Source: Verrucomicrobiota bacterium (GTDB lineage: Bacteria > Verrucomicrobiota > Verrucomicrobiia > Limisphaerales > Palsa-1400). From it: DNA of 64,000 nucleotides. Position 1 is the stretch's first letter, and each line of letters starts with the position of its first letter. Under the pieces are notes generated by a model that ran no database searches, was not told the DNA's origin, and saw nothing but the letters and a program-made list of their open reading frames with translations. The DNA is taken from assembly GCA_049510745.1 (NCBI GenBank), contig JBEKYR010000003.1, forward strand, positions 160,001-224,000, read 5' to 3'. This document shows positions 19,321 to 28,529 of this stretch, piece after piece. The position numbers and the translations under genes are program-made.

Positions 19321-20610
19321 ATGAGCGTCGCCGCCATTCCCGGCCAGGACCCGGGCGCCAAGCCCGGCCAGGAGGCTTTGCGCCCGCCGGAGGCCGCCAA
19401 CCTGTGGAGCTCCATCCAGGCGTTTTTGCGCTGGCTGGATCAGAACGGTTACGAGAGCTACGATCCGTATGACATTTGGGGAACCCGCTACGGGCTTTTT
19501 TCGCGCCGGATATACTATGGCCATCGCCTGCTCGGCTCGCCGCTGATCGCGCCCATCCTCCTGATGGAGGTTCTTTGTCCGTCCCTGCGGCGCTGGCTGG
19601 TTGGCAAAGGGCGCTTTGCCACCGCCGACGCGCAATTGTTGCTCGGTTTTCTCAATCTTTACGAGGCGAAGGGCGGGAGCATTTTTTTGGAAAAGGCCCG
19701 GGCGCTCTCCCGCGACCTGCTGCAAATCAGCGTGCCCGGCTACAGTGGTTTCTGTTGGGGATACCCATTTGACTGGCAGCATAATCGCGGCCTCTGGAAA
19801 AAGAATCTCCCGTTCATTACCGCCACGCCCTATTGCTTTGAGGCGTTCTTGAGATTATTCGACCTGACTGCCGACCCGGCTTTCCTGACAATTGCCCGGT
19901 CCATCGCCCAGTTTGTGCATAAGGACCTCCGGGACACGCCCACTTCGCCAAACGCCGCGGCGGCAAGCTACTCGCCGGTCGATTCGAGCCAGGTTGTCAA
20001 CGCCAGCGCCTATCGCGCCATGGTCCTGTTCGAGGCGGCTGACCGATTCCAAATCGAAGACTACCGCCAGACGGCATCGCGAAATCTCAACTTCATCCTC
20101 CAGAATCAGAACCAGGACGGCTCATGGCTTTACGCGGTCGATCATGCCTCCGAAAGGTTTATCGATCACTTCCATACCTGCTTCGTGCTTAAGAATCTCG
20201 CCAAGATCAATCGGCGCTTGAAGAGCGCCGAGATCACCGGCGCCGTGGCCAGGGGCTACAAGTATTACCGCAGCGCCTTGTACGATTCATCTGGAATGCC
20301 GAAACAATTCGCCATCAGGCCCCGCACGCAAATTGTGCGATTTGAGCTGTACGATTTTGCGGAAGCCATCAGCCTCGGCTGCTGGCTGTGGCCGGAAATT
20401 CCGGAAGCCTTGGACGTGGCCCGCAGGCTGGCGGGCACGGTGCGGGACCGATTCCAGACCGCATCGGGGCATTTTCTGACGCGTGTGTATAAGGGCGGCC
20501 TCAAGCACAGGTTTCCCTATCTGCGGTGGCCGCAAGCCCAGCTTTTTTACGCCCTCACGAGTCTGACCTTGCTCAATGCCAAAACCGATTTCCCGCACAA
20601 CAGCCGGTGA
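19321..20610 (+). CDS. Conserved EPS-cluster protein, predicted (alpha/alpha) barrel
   Basis: GYESYDPYD, CWGYPFDW, QNQDGSWLY, IDHFHT, RWPQA motifs; function unknown. Confidence 0.55.
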   Translation: MSVAAIPGQDPGAKPGQEALRPPEAANLWSSIQAFLRWLDQNGYESYDPYDIWGTRYGLFSRRIYYGHRLLGSPLIAPILLMEVLCPSLRRWLVGKGRFATADAQLLLGFLNLYEAKGGSIFLEKARALSRDLLQISVPGYSGFCWGYPFDWQHNRGLWKKNLPFITATPYCFEAFLRLFDLTADPAFLTIARSIAQFVHKDLRDTPTSPNAAAASYSPVDSSQVVNASAYRAMVLFEAADRFQIEDYRQTASRNLNFILQNQNQDGSWLYAVDHASERFIDHFHTCFVLKNLAKINRRLKSAEITGAVARGYKYYRSALYDSSGMPKQFAIRPRTQIVRFELYDFAEAISLGCWLWPEIPEALDVARRLAGTVRDRFQTASGHFLTRVYKGGLKHRFPYLRWPQAQLFYALTSLTLLNAKTDFPHNSR

Positions 20611-21923
20611 TGAGCGAACAACGTATGAAAATAGCGATTATTGGCACAGGCTACGTCGGATTGGTTACCGGAACCTGCTTTGCCGAAGCCGGCTACCAGG
20701 TCACTTGTGTTGACAGCGATGACAGGAAGATCCGCCTGCTCAAGCAAGGCGGCATGCCGATTTACGAACCGGGCCTCAAGGAACTGGTCCAAAAAAATGC
20801 CGCGGCCGGCCGGCTCTCCTTCACTTCCAGCACACCCGAAGGCGTTGCCGTCTCCGATTTCATTTTCATCGCCGTCTCCACCCCTCCGCTGCCCGACGGC
20901 GCCGTCGATTTGAGCTTCGTCGAAAAAGTCTCCCGCGACATCGCCTCGACCATGACCGGCTATAAAATCATTGTTGACAAAAGCACCGTCCCCGTCAAGA
21001 CCGGGGAAAAAGTCGCTGAAACCATTCAGCGGCATTGCAGGGGAAAGATCGATTTCGACGTCGTCAGCAATCCCGAATTCCTCCGCGAAGGCTCGGCCGT
21101 GGCCGATTTCATGAAGCCCGACCGCGTCATCGTCGGCGTCTCCTCCCAACGGCCCGTTCAGGCGATGAAAGACCTCTACGCGCCCTTCAACGCGCCGGTC
21201 ATCGTCACCAATATAAAATCCGCCGAACTGATCAAACACGCGGCCAATTCGTTCCTCGCCCTCAAAATCTCCTACATCAACGCCATCTCCGCCCTCTGCG
21301 AGGCGGTCGGCGCCGACGTCGAGGAAGTCGCCAACGGCATGGGGATCGATCCCAGGATCGGGCGGCAGTATCTCAACGCCTCCCTCGGGTTCGGCGGAGG
21401 CTGCTTTCCCAAGGACCTCAGCGCTTTCATTCACACTTCCGAAGACCTTGGCCTTGATTTCGGCCTGCTCAAGGAAGTTCAACGCATCAACGCGCGCCAG
21501 ATGGACCGCTTCGTCAAGAAGATCATCGACACCCTCTGGGTCGTCGGCGGAAAGACCCTCGGCGTCCTTGGCCTGGCGTTCAAGCAAAACACCGATGACA
21601 TCCGCAACTCCCCCGCCATCGAATTGTGCCTGCGCTTGCAGAAGGAAGGCGCGGCCTTGCGCGTGCATGATCCCCAGGCGATGGAGAAGGCCAAGGCCGT
21701 TCTGCCGAACGCCGCGTTTGTGGCCGACATGAACGAGGTGGCCGACGGCTGCGACGCGCTGATCATTGCCACGGAATGGCCGCAGTTCAAACAACTGGAC
21801 CTGGAGCGGGCGCGCCGGGCGTTGACGCACCCGATCCTGTTCGACGGCCGGAACCTGTTCGACGCGGCGGAAATGGAGCGGATGGGCTTCCTCTACAAGT
21901 GCATTGGCCGCCAGAGCGTTTAA
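20610..21923 (+). CDS. ugd: UDP-glucose 6-dehydrogenase
   Basis: IGTGYVGL, KSTVP, SNPEFLREG, GFGGGCFPKD, GLAFKQNTDDIR. Confidence 0.95.
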   Translation: MSEQRMKIAIIGTGYVGLVTGTCFAEAGYQVTCVDSDDRKIRLLKQGGMPIYEPGLKELVQKNAAAGRLSFTSSTPEGVAVSDFIFIAVSTPPLPDGAVDLSFVEKVSRDIASTMTGYKIIVDKSTVPVKTGEKVAETIQRHCRGKIDFDVVSNPEFLREGSAVADFMKPDRVIVGVSSQRPVQAMKDLYAPFNAPVIVTNIKSAELIKHAANSFLALKISYINAISALCEAVGADVEEVANGMGIDPRIGRQYLNASLGFGGGCFPKDLSAFIHTSEDLGLDFGLLKEVQRINARQMDRFVKKIIDTLWVVGGKTLGVLGLAFKQNTDDIRNSPAIELCLRLQKEGAALRVHDPQAMEKAKAVLPNAAFVADMNEVADGCDALIIATEWPQFKQLDLERARRALTHPILFDGRNLFDAAEMERMGFLYKCIGRQSV

Positions 21924-22019
21924 GGTCAGCCCATCTCCACCAGAGCATCGGATTGTGAAAATATGCGGAACTTCCTTGCTTGCGCTGTCCCCCTTCCATT
22001 TTAATCGTCTGGTACACGA

Positions 22020-23399
22020 ATGAAAAACGTCCTCCCAGTCTTTTGTGGTCGCGCTGCCGCCGCGGCGCTCTGGATATGCCTGGCTTGGGGTGCCGTGGCC
22101 CAACAGCCCGTGAACACCGATGCCCTGGTCAACCCGTATCCGGCGCCGGTGACGGTGACCAATCAATTCGGCCCGCCGCCCACCCCGCCGGTCCTCTCCG
22201 GCCCAACGACCCCCGGCACGGGCCAGGCCGGCGCTCCCTCCATGGGCACCAGCGCCCTGGCCGGTTCGTCCGCCTCCGTTTCCCGCAGCGAGATTACCGG
22301 CCCTCCCCTGGTTTCCTGGGGTCCCATTGGCGTTTATCCGCATCTGCTTTACCGCTTCACCTACGGCGACGGCGTCGCCGCCCTGCCGGGAGAGAACACG
22401 ACCACAGAGATAGAAACGGTGGCCCCGGGCCTTCTCTTGGCGCTGGGGAACCATTGGACGCTGGATTACACCCCAACCCTCGCTTTTTATTCCAGTCGCC
22501 TGTTCAAAGACACCGTTGATCAGGCGGTGCTTCTTCACGGCGCGACGACCAATGGAGATTGGGTCCTGGGCCTGGCCCAGAGCTACGTTTCCACAACTCA
22601 GCCGCTCGTCGAGACGGGCACTCAAACGGAGCAAGAGGGCTACGCCACCGCCTTCACGGCCGCCGGTCAACTGAGCGCCAAATTGTCTCTGGAATTGGGC
22701 TTGAATCAAATCTTCCGCTTCTCCCAATCGTATCCGTCCATGCATGAATGGTCCACGGCCGACTGGCTCAATTACCAGATCGAACCGCAGCTCGGCCTCG
22801 CTCTCGGACCCACCATCGGGTATGACGAACTGAGCGCCGGTTCCGATATGCCCTTCGAGCAGATCAGGGGCAGGGTTACTTTCAGATCGGGGACCAAGCT
22901 GCTGCTCTCCGTGGACGGCGGCGTGGAAGACCGGCAATTCATCCATCCCAGTTCTGCCGCGATGGTCACTCCGGTGTTTAACGCCTCCGCCTTTTACCAG
23001 ATTTTCGAGGGAACAGCGCTCTCGGTTTTAGGCAGCCGCGTCGTCACCCCATCCTTGTACGTCAACCAGGCGGTCGTCATTTCCACCGTCAGCGCCTCCC
23101 TCCGTCAACATCTGGTCAAAGAGATCTATCTTGAAATCGACGGAGGTTACACCACCGAGCCGTTTACCTCCATCGAACCGGGGCCGCTCCCGGAATTCTT
23201 CCTGGGCGCCCCTCCCCGCTCCACGCAGACAGTGGTGCGGACCGACACGACAGAATTTGGCAAAATCAGCTTGTCCACCACCTTCCGGAAGCGCCTGACT
23301 GGCTCGGTGTTTTACTACGCCAGCAAAAACGCCAGCAGCCAGGTCAACTTCTCTTACAAGAGCACCCAGACGGGCGTGGAACTGAGCTATCACTATTAA
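22020..23399 (+). CDS. Outer-membrane beta-barrel protein associated with EPS export
   Basis: Signal peptide, alternating beta-strand pattern, C-terminal GVELSYHY aromatic end. Confidence 0.7.
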   Translation: MKNVLPVFCGRAAAAALWICLAWGAVAQQPVNTDALVNPYPAPVTVTNQFGPPPTPPVLSGPTTPGTGQAGAPSMGTSALAGSSASVSRSEITGPPLVSWGPIGVYPHLLYRFTYGDGVAALPGENTTTEIETVAPGLLLALGNHWTLDYTPTLAFYSSRLFKDTVDQAVLLHGATTNGDWVLGLAQSYVSTTQPLVETGTQTEQEGYATAFTAAGQLSAKLSLELGLNQIFRFSQSYPSMHEWSTADWLNYQIEPQLGLALGPTIGYDELSAGSDMPFEQIRGRVTFRSGTKLLLSVDGGVEDRQFIHPSSAAMVTPVFNASAFYQIFEGTALSVLGSRVVTPSLYVNQAVVISTVSASLRQHLVKEIYLEIDGGYTTEPFTSIEPGPLPEFFLGAPPRSTQTVVRTDTTEFGKISLSTTFRKRLTGSVFYYASKNASSQVNFSYKSTQTGVELSYHY

Positions 23400-23499
23400 T
23401 CCAAGAACGGTTGTTTCTGCAATCCCTCGCGGCGGGTTTTGCGTTGCTTCCCCTTGCGACGCATGATAAACGCACTCGAAAATTCAGAGTTTTTAAACT

Positions 23500-24786
23500 A
23501 TGAAAATTGCCATTGTCGGTCTCGGTTACGTCGGCCTCCCCTTGTCCCTTCAATTCGCCCGCTCGGACACCACCGTGCTGGGGTTGGACATCGACAAAGC
23601 CAAGGTCAAGTCGCTCATGGCCGGGCGCAGCTACATCAAACACATCGAATCCTCCGCCATTGCCGAGGCCGTCAAGTCGGGCCGATTTGCCGCCTCCACC
23701 GATTTCAGCCGGGTCAAGGAAGTCGAGGCGGTCATTATTTGCGTTCCCACTCCCCTGAACAAAAACCGGGAGCCGGATATTTCCTACATCCTCGAAACCG
23801 GCAAGAGCATCGCTCCCCATCTCCGCAAGGGTCTGTTGGTGGTGCTGGAATCAACCACTTATCCGGGAACGACCGACGAGGACCTGCGCCGGGTGCTGGA
23901 GGAAGGCTCCGGGTTGAAGGCCGGCTCCGATTTTCACCTCGCCTTTTCCCCGGAACGCGAAGACCCCGGCAATCCCAACAGCGTCGTGGCCTCCATCCCC
24001 AAAGTCATCGGCGGCCTCACCCCCGCCTGCCTGGAACGGGCCAAGGCCGTCTATGGGCGCGCCATCAAAACTTTGGTGCCCGTTTCCTCCTGCCGCGTCG
24101 CCGAAGCCACCAAGCTGACGGAAAACATTTTCCGCAGCGTCAACATCGCCTTGGTCAATGAACTCAAGGTGGTTTACACGGCCATGGGCATTGATGTCTG
24201 GGAAGTCATCAACGCCGCCAAAACCAAGCCCTTCGGCTTCATGCCCTTTTATCCAGGCCCCGGCCTGGGCGGCCACTGCATCCCTATTGATCCTTTTTAT
24301 CTCACCTGGAAGGCGCGGGAATATGTCCAGAATACACGCTTCATTGAATTGGCCGGCGAAATCAACTCAGCCATGCCGGAATACGTCGTCCAGCAGGTCG
24401 CGGCGGCGCTCAACGACCGGCGCAAGGCCCTCAACGGAGCCAAGGTCTTGGTGCTCGGTTTGGCCTACAAGGCCGATGTCGATGACGACCGCGAATCCCC
24501 CAGTTACGTCCTGATGACCTTGCTCAAGGAGCGCGGCGCCAGCGTCTCCTATTACGACTCCTATGTTCCGGTCATCAAATTGACCCGCGAACATCCCCAA
24601 TGGGCCGGCGTCAAATCTGTCCCTTGGAACGCCAAAACGATCAAGAGCTTTGACCTCGTCCTTATCGCCACCAAACATGCCAGCGTGGATTACGCGGCCC
24701 TCGCCGATTGGGCTTCTTGCATCGTCGATACCCGCAATGCCATGGCCGGCATCGCGACCAGGGAGGGCCAGGTGCGCAAGGCTTGA
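23500..24786 (+). CDS. Nucleotide-sugar (UDP-GlcNAc-type) 6-dehydrogenase, WbpA/TviB-like
   Basis: GLGYVGLP, ICVPTP, ESTTYPGTT, SPEREDPG, GLGGHCIPIDP. Confidence 0.92.
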   Translation: MKIAIVGLGYVGLPLSLQFARSDTTVLGLDIDKAKVKSLMAGRSYIKHIESSAIAEAVKSGRFAASTDFSRVKEVEAVIICVPTPLNKNREPDISYILETGKSIAPHLRKGLLVVLESTTYPGTTDEDLRRVLEEGSGLKAGSDFHLAFSPEREDPGNPNSVVASIPKVIGGLTPACLERAKAVYGRAIKTLVPVSSCRVAEATKLTENIFRSVNIALVNELKVVYTAMGIDVWEVINAAKTKPFGFMPFYPGPGLGGHCIPIDPFYLTWKAREYVQNTRFIELAGEINSAMPEYVVQQVAAALNDRRKALNGAKVLVLGLAYKADVDDDRESPSYVLMTLLKERGASVSYYDSYVPVIKLTREHPQWAGVKSVPWNAKTIKSFDLVLIATKHASVDYAALADWASCIVDTRNAMAGIATREGQVRKA

Positions 24787-24802
24787 ATTCAACACCTCGT
24801 CA

Positions 24803-25861
24803 GTGAGCCAATTCACCCAACTCAAGAAGACCCTGGCCACCGCGCCCGCCACCTGGCTGGTCACGGGCGCCGCTGGTTTCATCGGCTCGAATCTAGCCGG
24901 GCAACTCTTGCTCCTGGAGCAACGGGTCGTCGCCTTGGACAACCTTTCGACGGGCAACCTCGACAACCTGGCCCAAGTCCGCCACAGCGTCGGCCCGGAA
25001 CGCTGGGCGAATTTCACCTGGATGCAGGGCGATATTCGGGACGCGGCCGTCTGCCGGCGTGCCGCGCGGGGTGTGGATTACGTCCTGCATCAGGCTGCTT
25101 TAGGCTCGGTGCCACGGTCATTGGAGAATCCCATCGAAACCAACGACAGCAACGTGAACGGCTTTGTCAATATGCTCTGGGCCGCCCACGAAAGCGGGGT
25201 GAAGCGGTTTGTCTTCGCTTCCAGCAGCTCCGTTTATGGCGACGACACGACGTTGCCGCAAGTCGAGCATAAAACCGGGCGCTGCCTCTCTCCCTACGCC
25301 GTTTCCAAGCGCGTCAATGAACTCTACGCCGGGGTCTTCGGGCGCTGCTACGGCATGGAGACCATCGCGCTGCGTTATTTCAATGTCTTCGGCCCGCGCC
25401 AGGACCCCAACGGCGCTTATGCCGCCGTCATCCCAAAGTGGATTGCCGCCATGATTCACAATGAACCCGTCCACATCAACGGCGACGGCTCGACCACGCG
25501 CGATTTTTGTTACGTCGCCAACGTCGTCCAGGCCAACCTGCTGGCGGCGGCCGTGCCGCGTCCCGAGGCCAGCGGCCAGGCCTTCAACATCGCCGTCGGC
25601 GGACAAACCACCTTGAACGCGCTCTGCGACATGCTCCGCCAGCGCCTGGCGCCGACCCACCCTCACCTGCGCGACTTCAAACCGCGCTACGGGGATTTTC
25701 GCCCCGGCGACATCCTTCATTCGCGGGCCGACATCAGCCAGGCCCGCCGCCTCCTGGGCTATGAGCCAACCCATAGCGTTGCCCAGGGCCTGGACGAAGC
25801 TTTGGATTGGTACGTCAAACATCTCTCCTCCCGGCCCGCCCCGGCCGGCGTCGTCTTATGA
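24803..25861 (+). CDS. UDP-GlcNAc(A) 4-epimerase, WbpP/TviC-like SDR
   Basis: [58 protein letters not shown] at 24803. Confidence 0.9.
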   Translation: MSQFTQLKKTLATAPATWLVTGAAGFIGSNLAGQLLLLEQRVVALDNLSTGNLDNLAQVRHSVGPERWANFTWMQGDIRDAAVCRRAARGVDYVLHQAALGSVPRSLENPIETNDSNVNGFVNMLWAAHESGVKRFVFASSSSVYGDDTTLPQVEHKTGRCLSPYAVSKRVNELYAGVFGRCYGMETIALRYFNVFGPRQDPNGAYAAVIPKWIAAMIHNEPVHINGDGSTTRDFCYVANVVQANLLAAAVPRPEASGQAFNIAVGGQTTLNALCDMLRQRLAPTHPHLRDFKPRYGDFRPGDILHSRADISQARRLLGYEPTHSVAQGLDEALDWYVKHLSSRPAPAGVVL

Positions 25862-26727
25862 AAGGCATCATTCTCGCAGGTGGAGCGGGTTCGCGCTTGT
25901 TCCCGCTGACTCTGGTTGCCAGCAAACAATTGCAGCCGGTTTTTGACAAGCCGATGATCTATTATCCGCTGACGACCCTGATTGAAAACGGCGTGCGCGA
26001 ATTGTGCCTCATCTCCACCCCGCGCGATCTGCCGCGCTTCCGTCAACTATTGGGAAACGGCGCTTCCTGGGGAATCTCCATCGACTACTGCGAGCAGGCC
26101 CGCCCCGCCGGCATCGCCCAGGCCTTCCTCATTGCCGAATCCTTCATCGCCGCGGACCCCGTCACCCTTATTTTGGGCGACAACATTTTCTACGGCGCCG
26201 ACAGCTTCAGGCGCGCGTTCGCGGAGTTCCGGGGCGGCGCTGCCATTTTTGGCTATCGCGTCCACGATCCCGAACGCTACGGTGTGGTCGAGTTCGACGA
26301 ATCGGGACGGGCTGTTTCCATCGAAGAGAAGCCCAAGGCGCCCCGCAGCAATCACGCCGTGCCGGGACTTTACCTTTACGACAACCAAGTGGTCGAGATC
26401 ACCCGCAACCTCCGTCCCTCGCCGCGGGGCGAACTGGAAATTACCGACGTGAACCTCGCTTATTTGCGGCGCGGCCAACTGCGGGTGCATCAATTGAGCC
26501 GGGGCTTCGCCTGGCTGGATGCCGGCACCAGCAGCAGCCTGCATGAGGCATCGGCCTACGTCCAAACCATCGAGAAGCGCCAGGGCATCAAGATCGGCTG
26601 CCCGGAGGAGGCGGCCTTCCGGAGCGGATTCATCAGCCGGCAGGATTTGGAGAAACTGGCCGCCCAGATGCCCAACTGCGAATACCGCGACTACCTCGGC
26701 CGCGTCCTGCTGGAGGCCGCCCGTTGA
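25858..26727 (+). CDS. rfbA: Glucose-1-phosphate thymidylyltransferase
   Basis: KGIILAGGAGSRL, SKQL, LGDNIF, EEKP, RGELEITD, WLDAGT. Confidence 0.95.
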   Translation: MKGIILAGGAGSRLFPLTLVASKQLQPVFDKPMIYYPLTTLIENGVRELCLISTPRDLPRFRQLLGNGASWGISIDYCEQARPAGIAQAFLIAESFIAADPVTLILGDNIFYGADSFRRAFAEFRGGAAIFGYRVHDPERYGVVEFDESGRAVSIEEKPKAPRSNHAVPGLYLYDNQVVEITRNLRPSPRGELEITDVNLAYLRRGQLRVHQLSRGFAWLDAGTSSSLHEASAYVQTIEKRQGIKIGCPEEAAFRSGFISRQDLEKLAAQMPNCEYRDYLGRVLLEAAR

Positions 26728-26728
26728 T

Positions 26729-27688
26729 ATGATCGTTCTCCTTGGAGCAACCGGTTACATCGGCGGCCAGTTCGAGACCGCCTTGCGCGGCGTTGGCTGG
26801 CCTTTTGTCGCGCCCTCCCGCTCCGAGGTGGATTACACCCGCTTCGACCTTCTGCGGGAGTTCCTGCGCCAAACCAAGCCGGAGTTCCTCATCAACGCCG
26901 CCGGCTACACCGGCAAGCCCAATGTGGACGCGTGCGAAAAAAACCAGGCGGACACTTTGCACGGCAACGCGCTCTTTCCCGCGGCCGTGGCCCATGCCTG
27001 CGCCAGTTTGGGCATTCCCTTCGGACATGTTTCCTCCGGCTGTATTTTTTCCGGCGCCAAAGTCGTGCTCGATGGCCAGGCGCGCGTGGAAAAGGATTTG
27101 AGCCAGCCGCGCCTCCAAGCCTTGCTCGCAAAGAACCCCGGCGCATTCCACGGTTACACCGAAGAGGATGAGCCGAATTTCACTTTTCGGCGGCCCCCGT
27201 GCAGTTTTTACAGCGGCACCAAGGCGCTGGGCGAGGAAGCCATCCAGGGCATGGGCCAAAATTATATTTGGCGCTTGCGCATTCCTTTCGACCATTTCGA
27301 CAGCTCGCGCAATTACCTGAGCAAGCTGCAGAATTACCCCAAGGTGTATCAAAACGTCAATTCGCTCTCGCATCGGGGCGACTTCGTGGCCGCCTGCCTG
27401 TTGCTGTGGCGGCGCCGGGCGCCCTTTGGCATTTACAACGTCACCAATCCGGGCTTTGTCACTTCCGCCCAGGTGGTGGAGATGATTCAAAAAATCCTCA
27501 AACCCAACCGCCCCTTCACTTTCTGGGCCAGCGACAAGGAGTTCTACCGCGTGGCCGCCAAAACGCCTCGCTCCAACTGCATTTTGGACGTTTCCAAACT
27601 GCTCGCGGCGGGCGTCCCCATGCGCCCGGTGGAGGAAGCGCTGGCGGAGGCGTTGCAGCTATGGAGGCCGCTGGCTGAAAAAACGTGA
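26729..27688 (+). CDS. RmlD-superfamily reductase of the NRS/ER (3,5-epimerase/4-reductase) type
   Basis: GATGYIG, NAAGYTGKPNVDACE, SSGCIF, EEDEPNF, FYSGTK (YxxxK). Confidence 0.75.
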   Translation: MIVLLGATGYIGGQFETALRGVGWPFVAPSRSEVDYTRFDLLREFLRQTKPEFLINAAGYTGKPNVDACEKNQADTLHGNALFPAAVAHACASLGIPFGHVSSGCIFSGAKVVLDGQARVEKDLSQPRLQALLAKNPGAFHGYTEEDEPNFTFRRPPCSFYSGTKALGEEAIQGMGQNYIWRLRIPFDHFDSSRNYLSKLQNYPKVYQNVNSLSHRGDFVAACLLLWRRRAPFGIYNVTNPGFVTSAQVVEMIQKILKPNRPFTFWASDKEFYRVAAKTPRSNCILDVSKLLAAGVPMRPVEEALAEALQLWRPLAEKT

Positions 27689-27695
27689 AAAAAAA

Positions 27696-27725
27696 TTGAC
27701 AATGTAGTCGCGTGTGACTACATTG
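27696..27725 (+). promoter_or_regulatory. Sigma70 promoter overlapped by a 10-bp inverted repeat (probable TA operator)
   Basis: TTGACA(27696)-17 bp-TACATT(27719); CAATGTAGTC-N6-GACTACATTG at 27700-27725. Confidence 0.8.
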
Positions 27726-27730
27726 GAACC

Positions 27731-28057
27731 GTGAAAACAAAAACAGCGAAATACACCGCTGCCAAATCGCAGCCGAGGGTGCTCAGAGAAATTGCCGTGG
27801 CGCCAGGCACGGGAGAAATCATCAATGTGCGGTCAGCCAAGACCCATCTCTCCGCGCTGCTCGAATGGGTGGCGGGCGGACATGAAATCACCATCACCAG
27901 CGACGGCAAGCCCAAGGCCAAATTGATCGCAGTTGCGGAAGCCAAAGGACGAAAGACGTTCCAGGGAATGGGTGATTTTCTCTCCAGCCAGCCTGTTCAT
28001 CGCGGGCCGTCCGCCGGGGAAGTCATCCGGGCAGATCGCGACTCCCGCGGCTGGTGA
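27731..28057 (+). CDS. Phd/YefM family antitoxin
   Basis: INVRSAKTHLSALLEWVAGGHEITITSDGKPKAKL; overlaps a PIN gene. Confidence 0.9.
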   Translation: MKTKTAKYTAAKSQPRVLREIAVAPGTGEIINVRSAKTHLSALLEWVAGGHEITITSDGKPKAKLIAVAEAKGRKTFQGMGDFLSSQPVHRGPSAGEVIRADRDSRGW

Positions 28058-28512
28058 TGTACCTCGATTCCGCCATCATTGTGAAATTGCTCGTGCGCGA
28101 ATCCGACAGCCAATGGTTCGATCGCGCTCTGGCTGGACACAGTTTCGAGACTTCGGAACTGGCGCTGACGGAGGTCCGTTCCGCCCTGCTGGCCAAAGAG
28201 CGCAACGGCCAAATCACCTCACCCGAGCGCGTCGCTGCCACGGGAAAACTTCACTCGATGGTGGAAGCCGGGATTATCGAGCTGCTGGCGCTTAATCGTG
28301 CCGTGCTCGAACGCGCCAGCCAAATCCAACTCGCGTGTCATCCGGGCATCCCGTTGCGCACCCTCGATGCCCTTCACGTCGCCACGTGCGAGTTGCATCG
28401 CAGCGGCACGATGTGTGCGACCGACGGCCGGATGCGCGCCGCCTGCGATCACTTCGCCATCGCGCTCCTTCCCGCGCGCATGGAGGAAATAGCCGCTGAC
28501 AGCCCAAAGTAG
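28057..28512 (+). CDS. vapC: VapC PIN-domain toxin
   Basis: [31 protein letters not shown] acidic PIN residues; TGA/ATG coupling with antitoxin. Confidence 0.9.
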   Translation: MYLDSAIIVKLLVRESDSQWFDRALAGHSFETSELALTEVRSALLAKERNGQITSPERVAATGKLHSMVEAGIIELLALNRAVLERASQIQLACHPGIPLRTLDALHVATCELHRSGTMCATDGRMRAACDHFAIALLPARMEEIAADSPK

Positions 28513-28529
28513 CGGACTTTACTTCTTAT

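Noticed and set aside
20547..22946. Long antisense ORFs (also 3512..5197, 31821..33602, 44760..46103 and others)
   Set aside because: They lie opposite well-supported genes and have no motifs; expected shadow frames in high-GC DNA.
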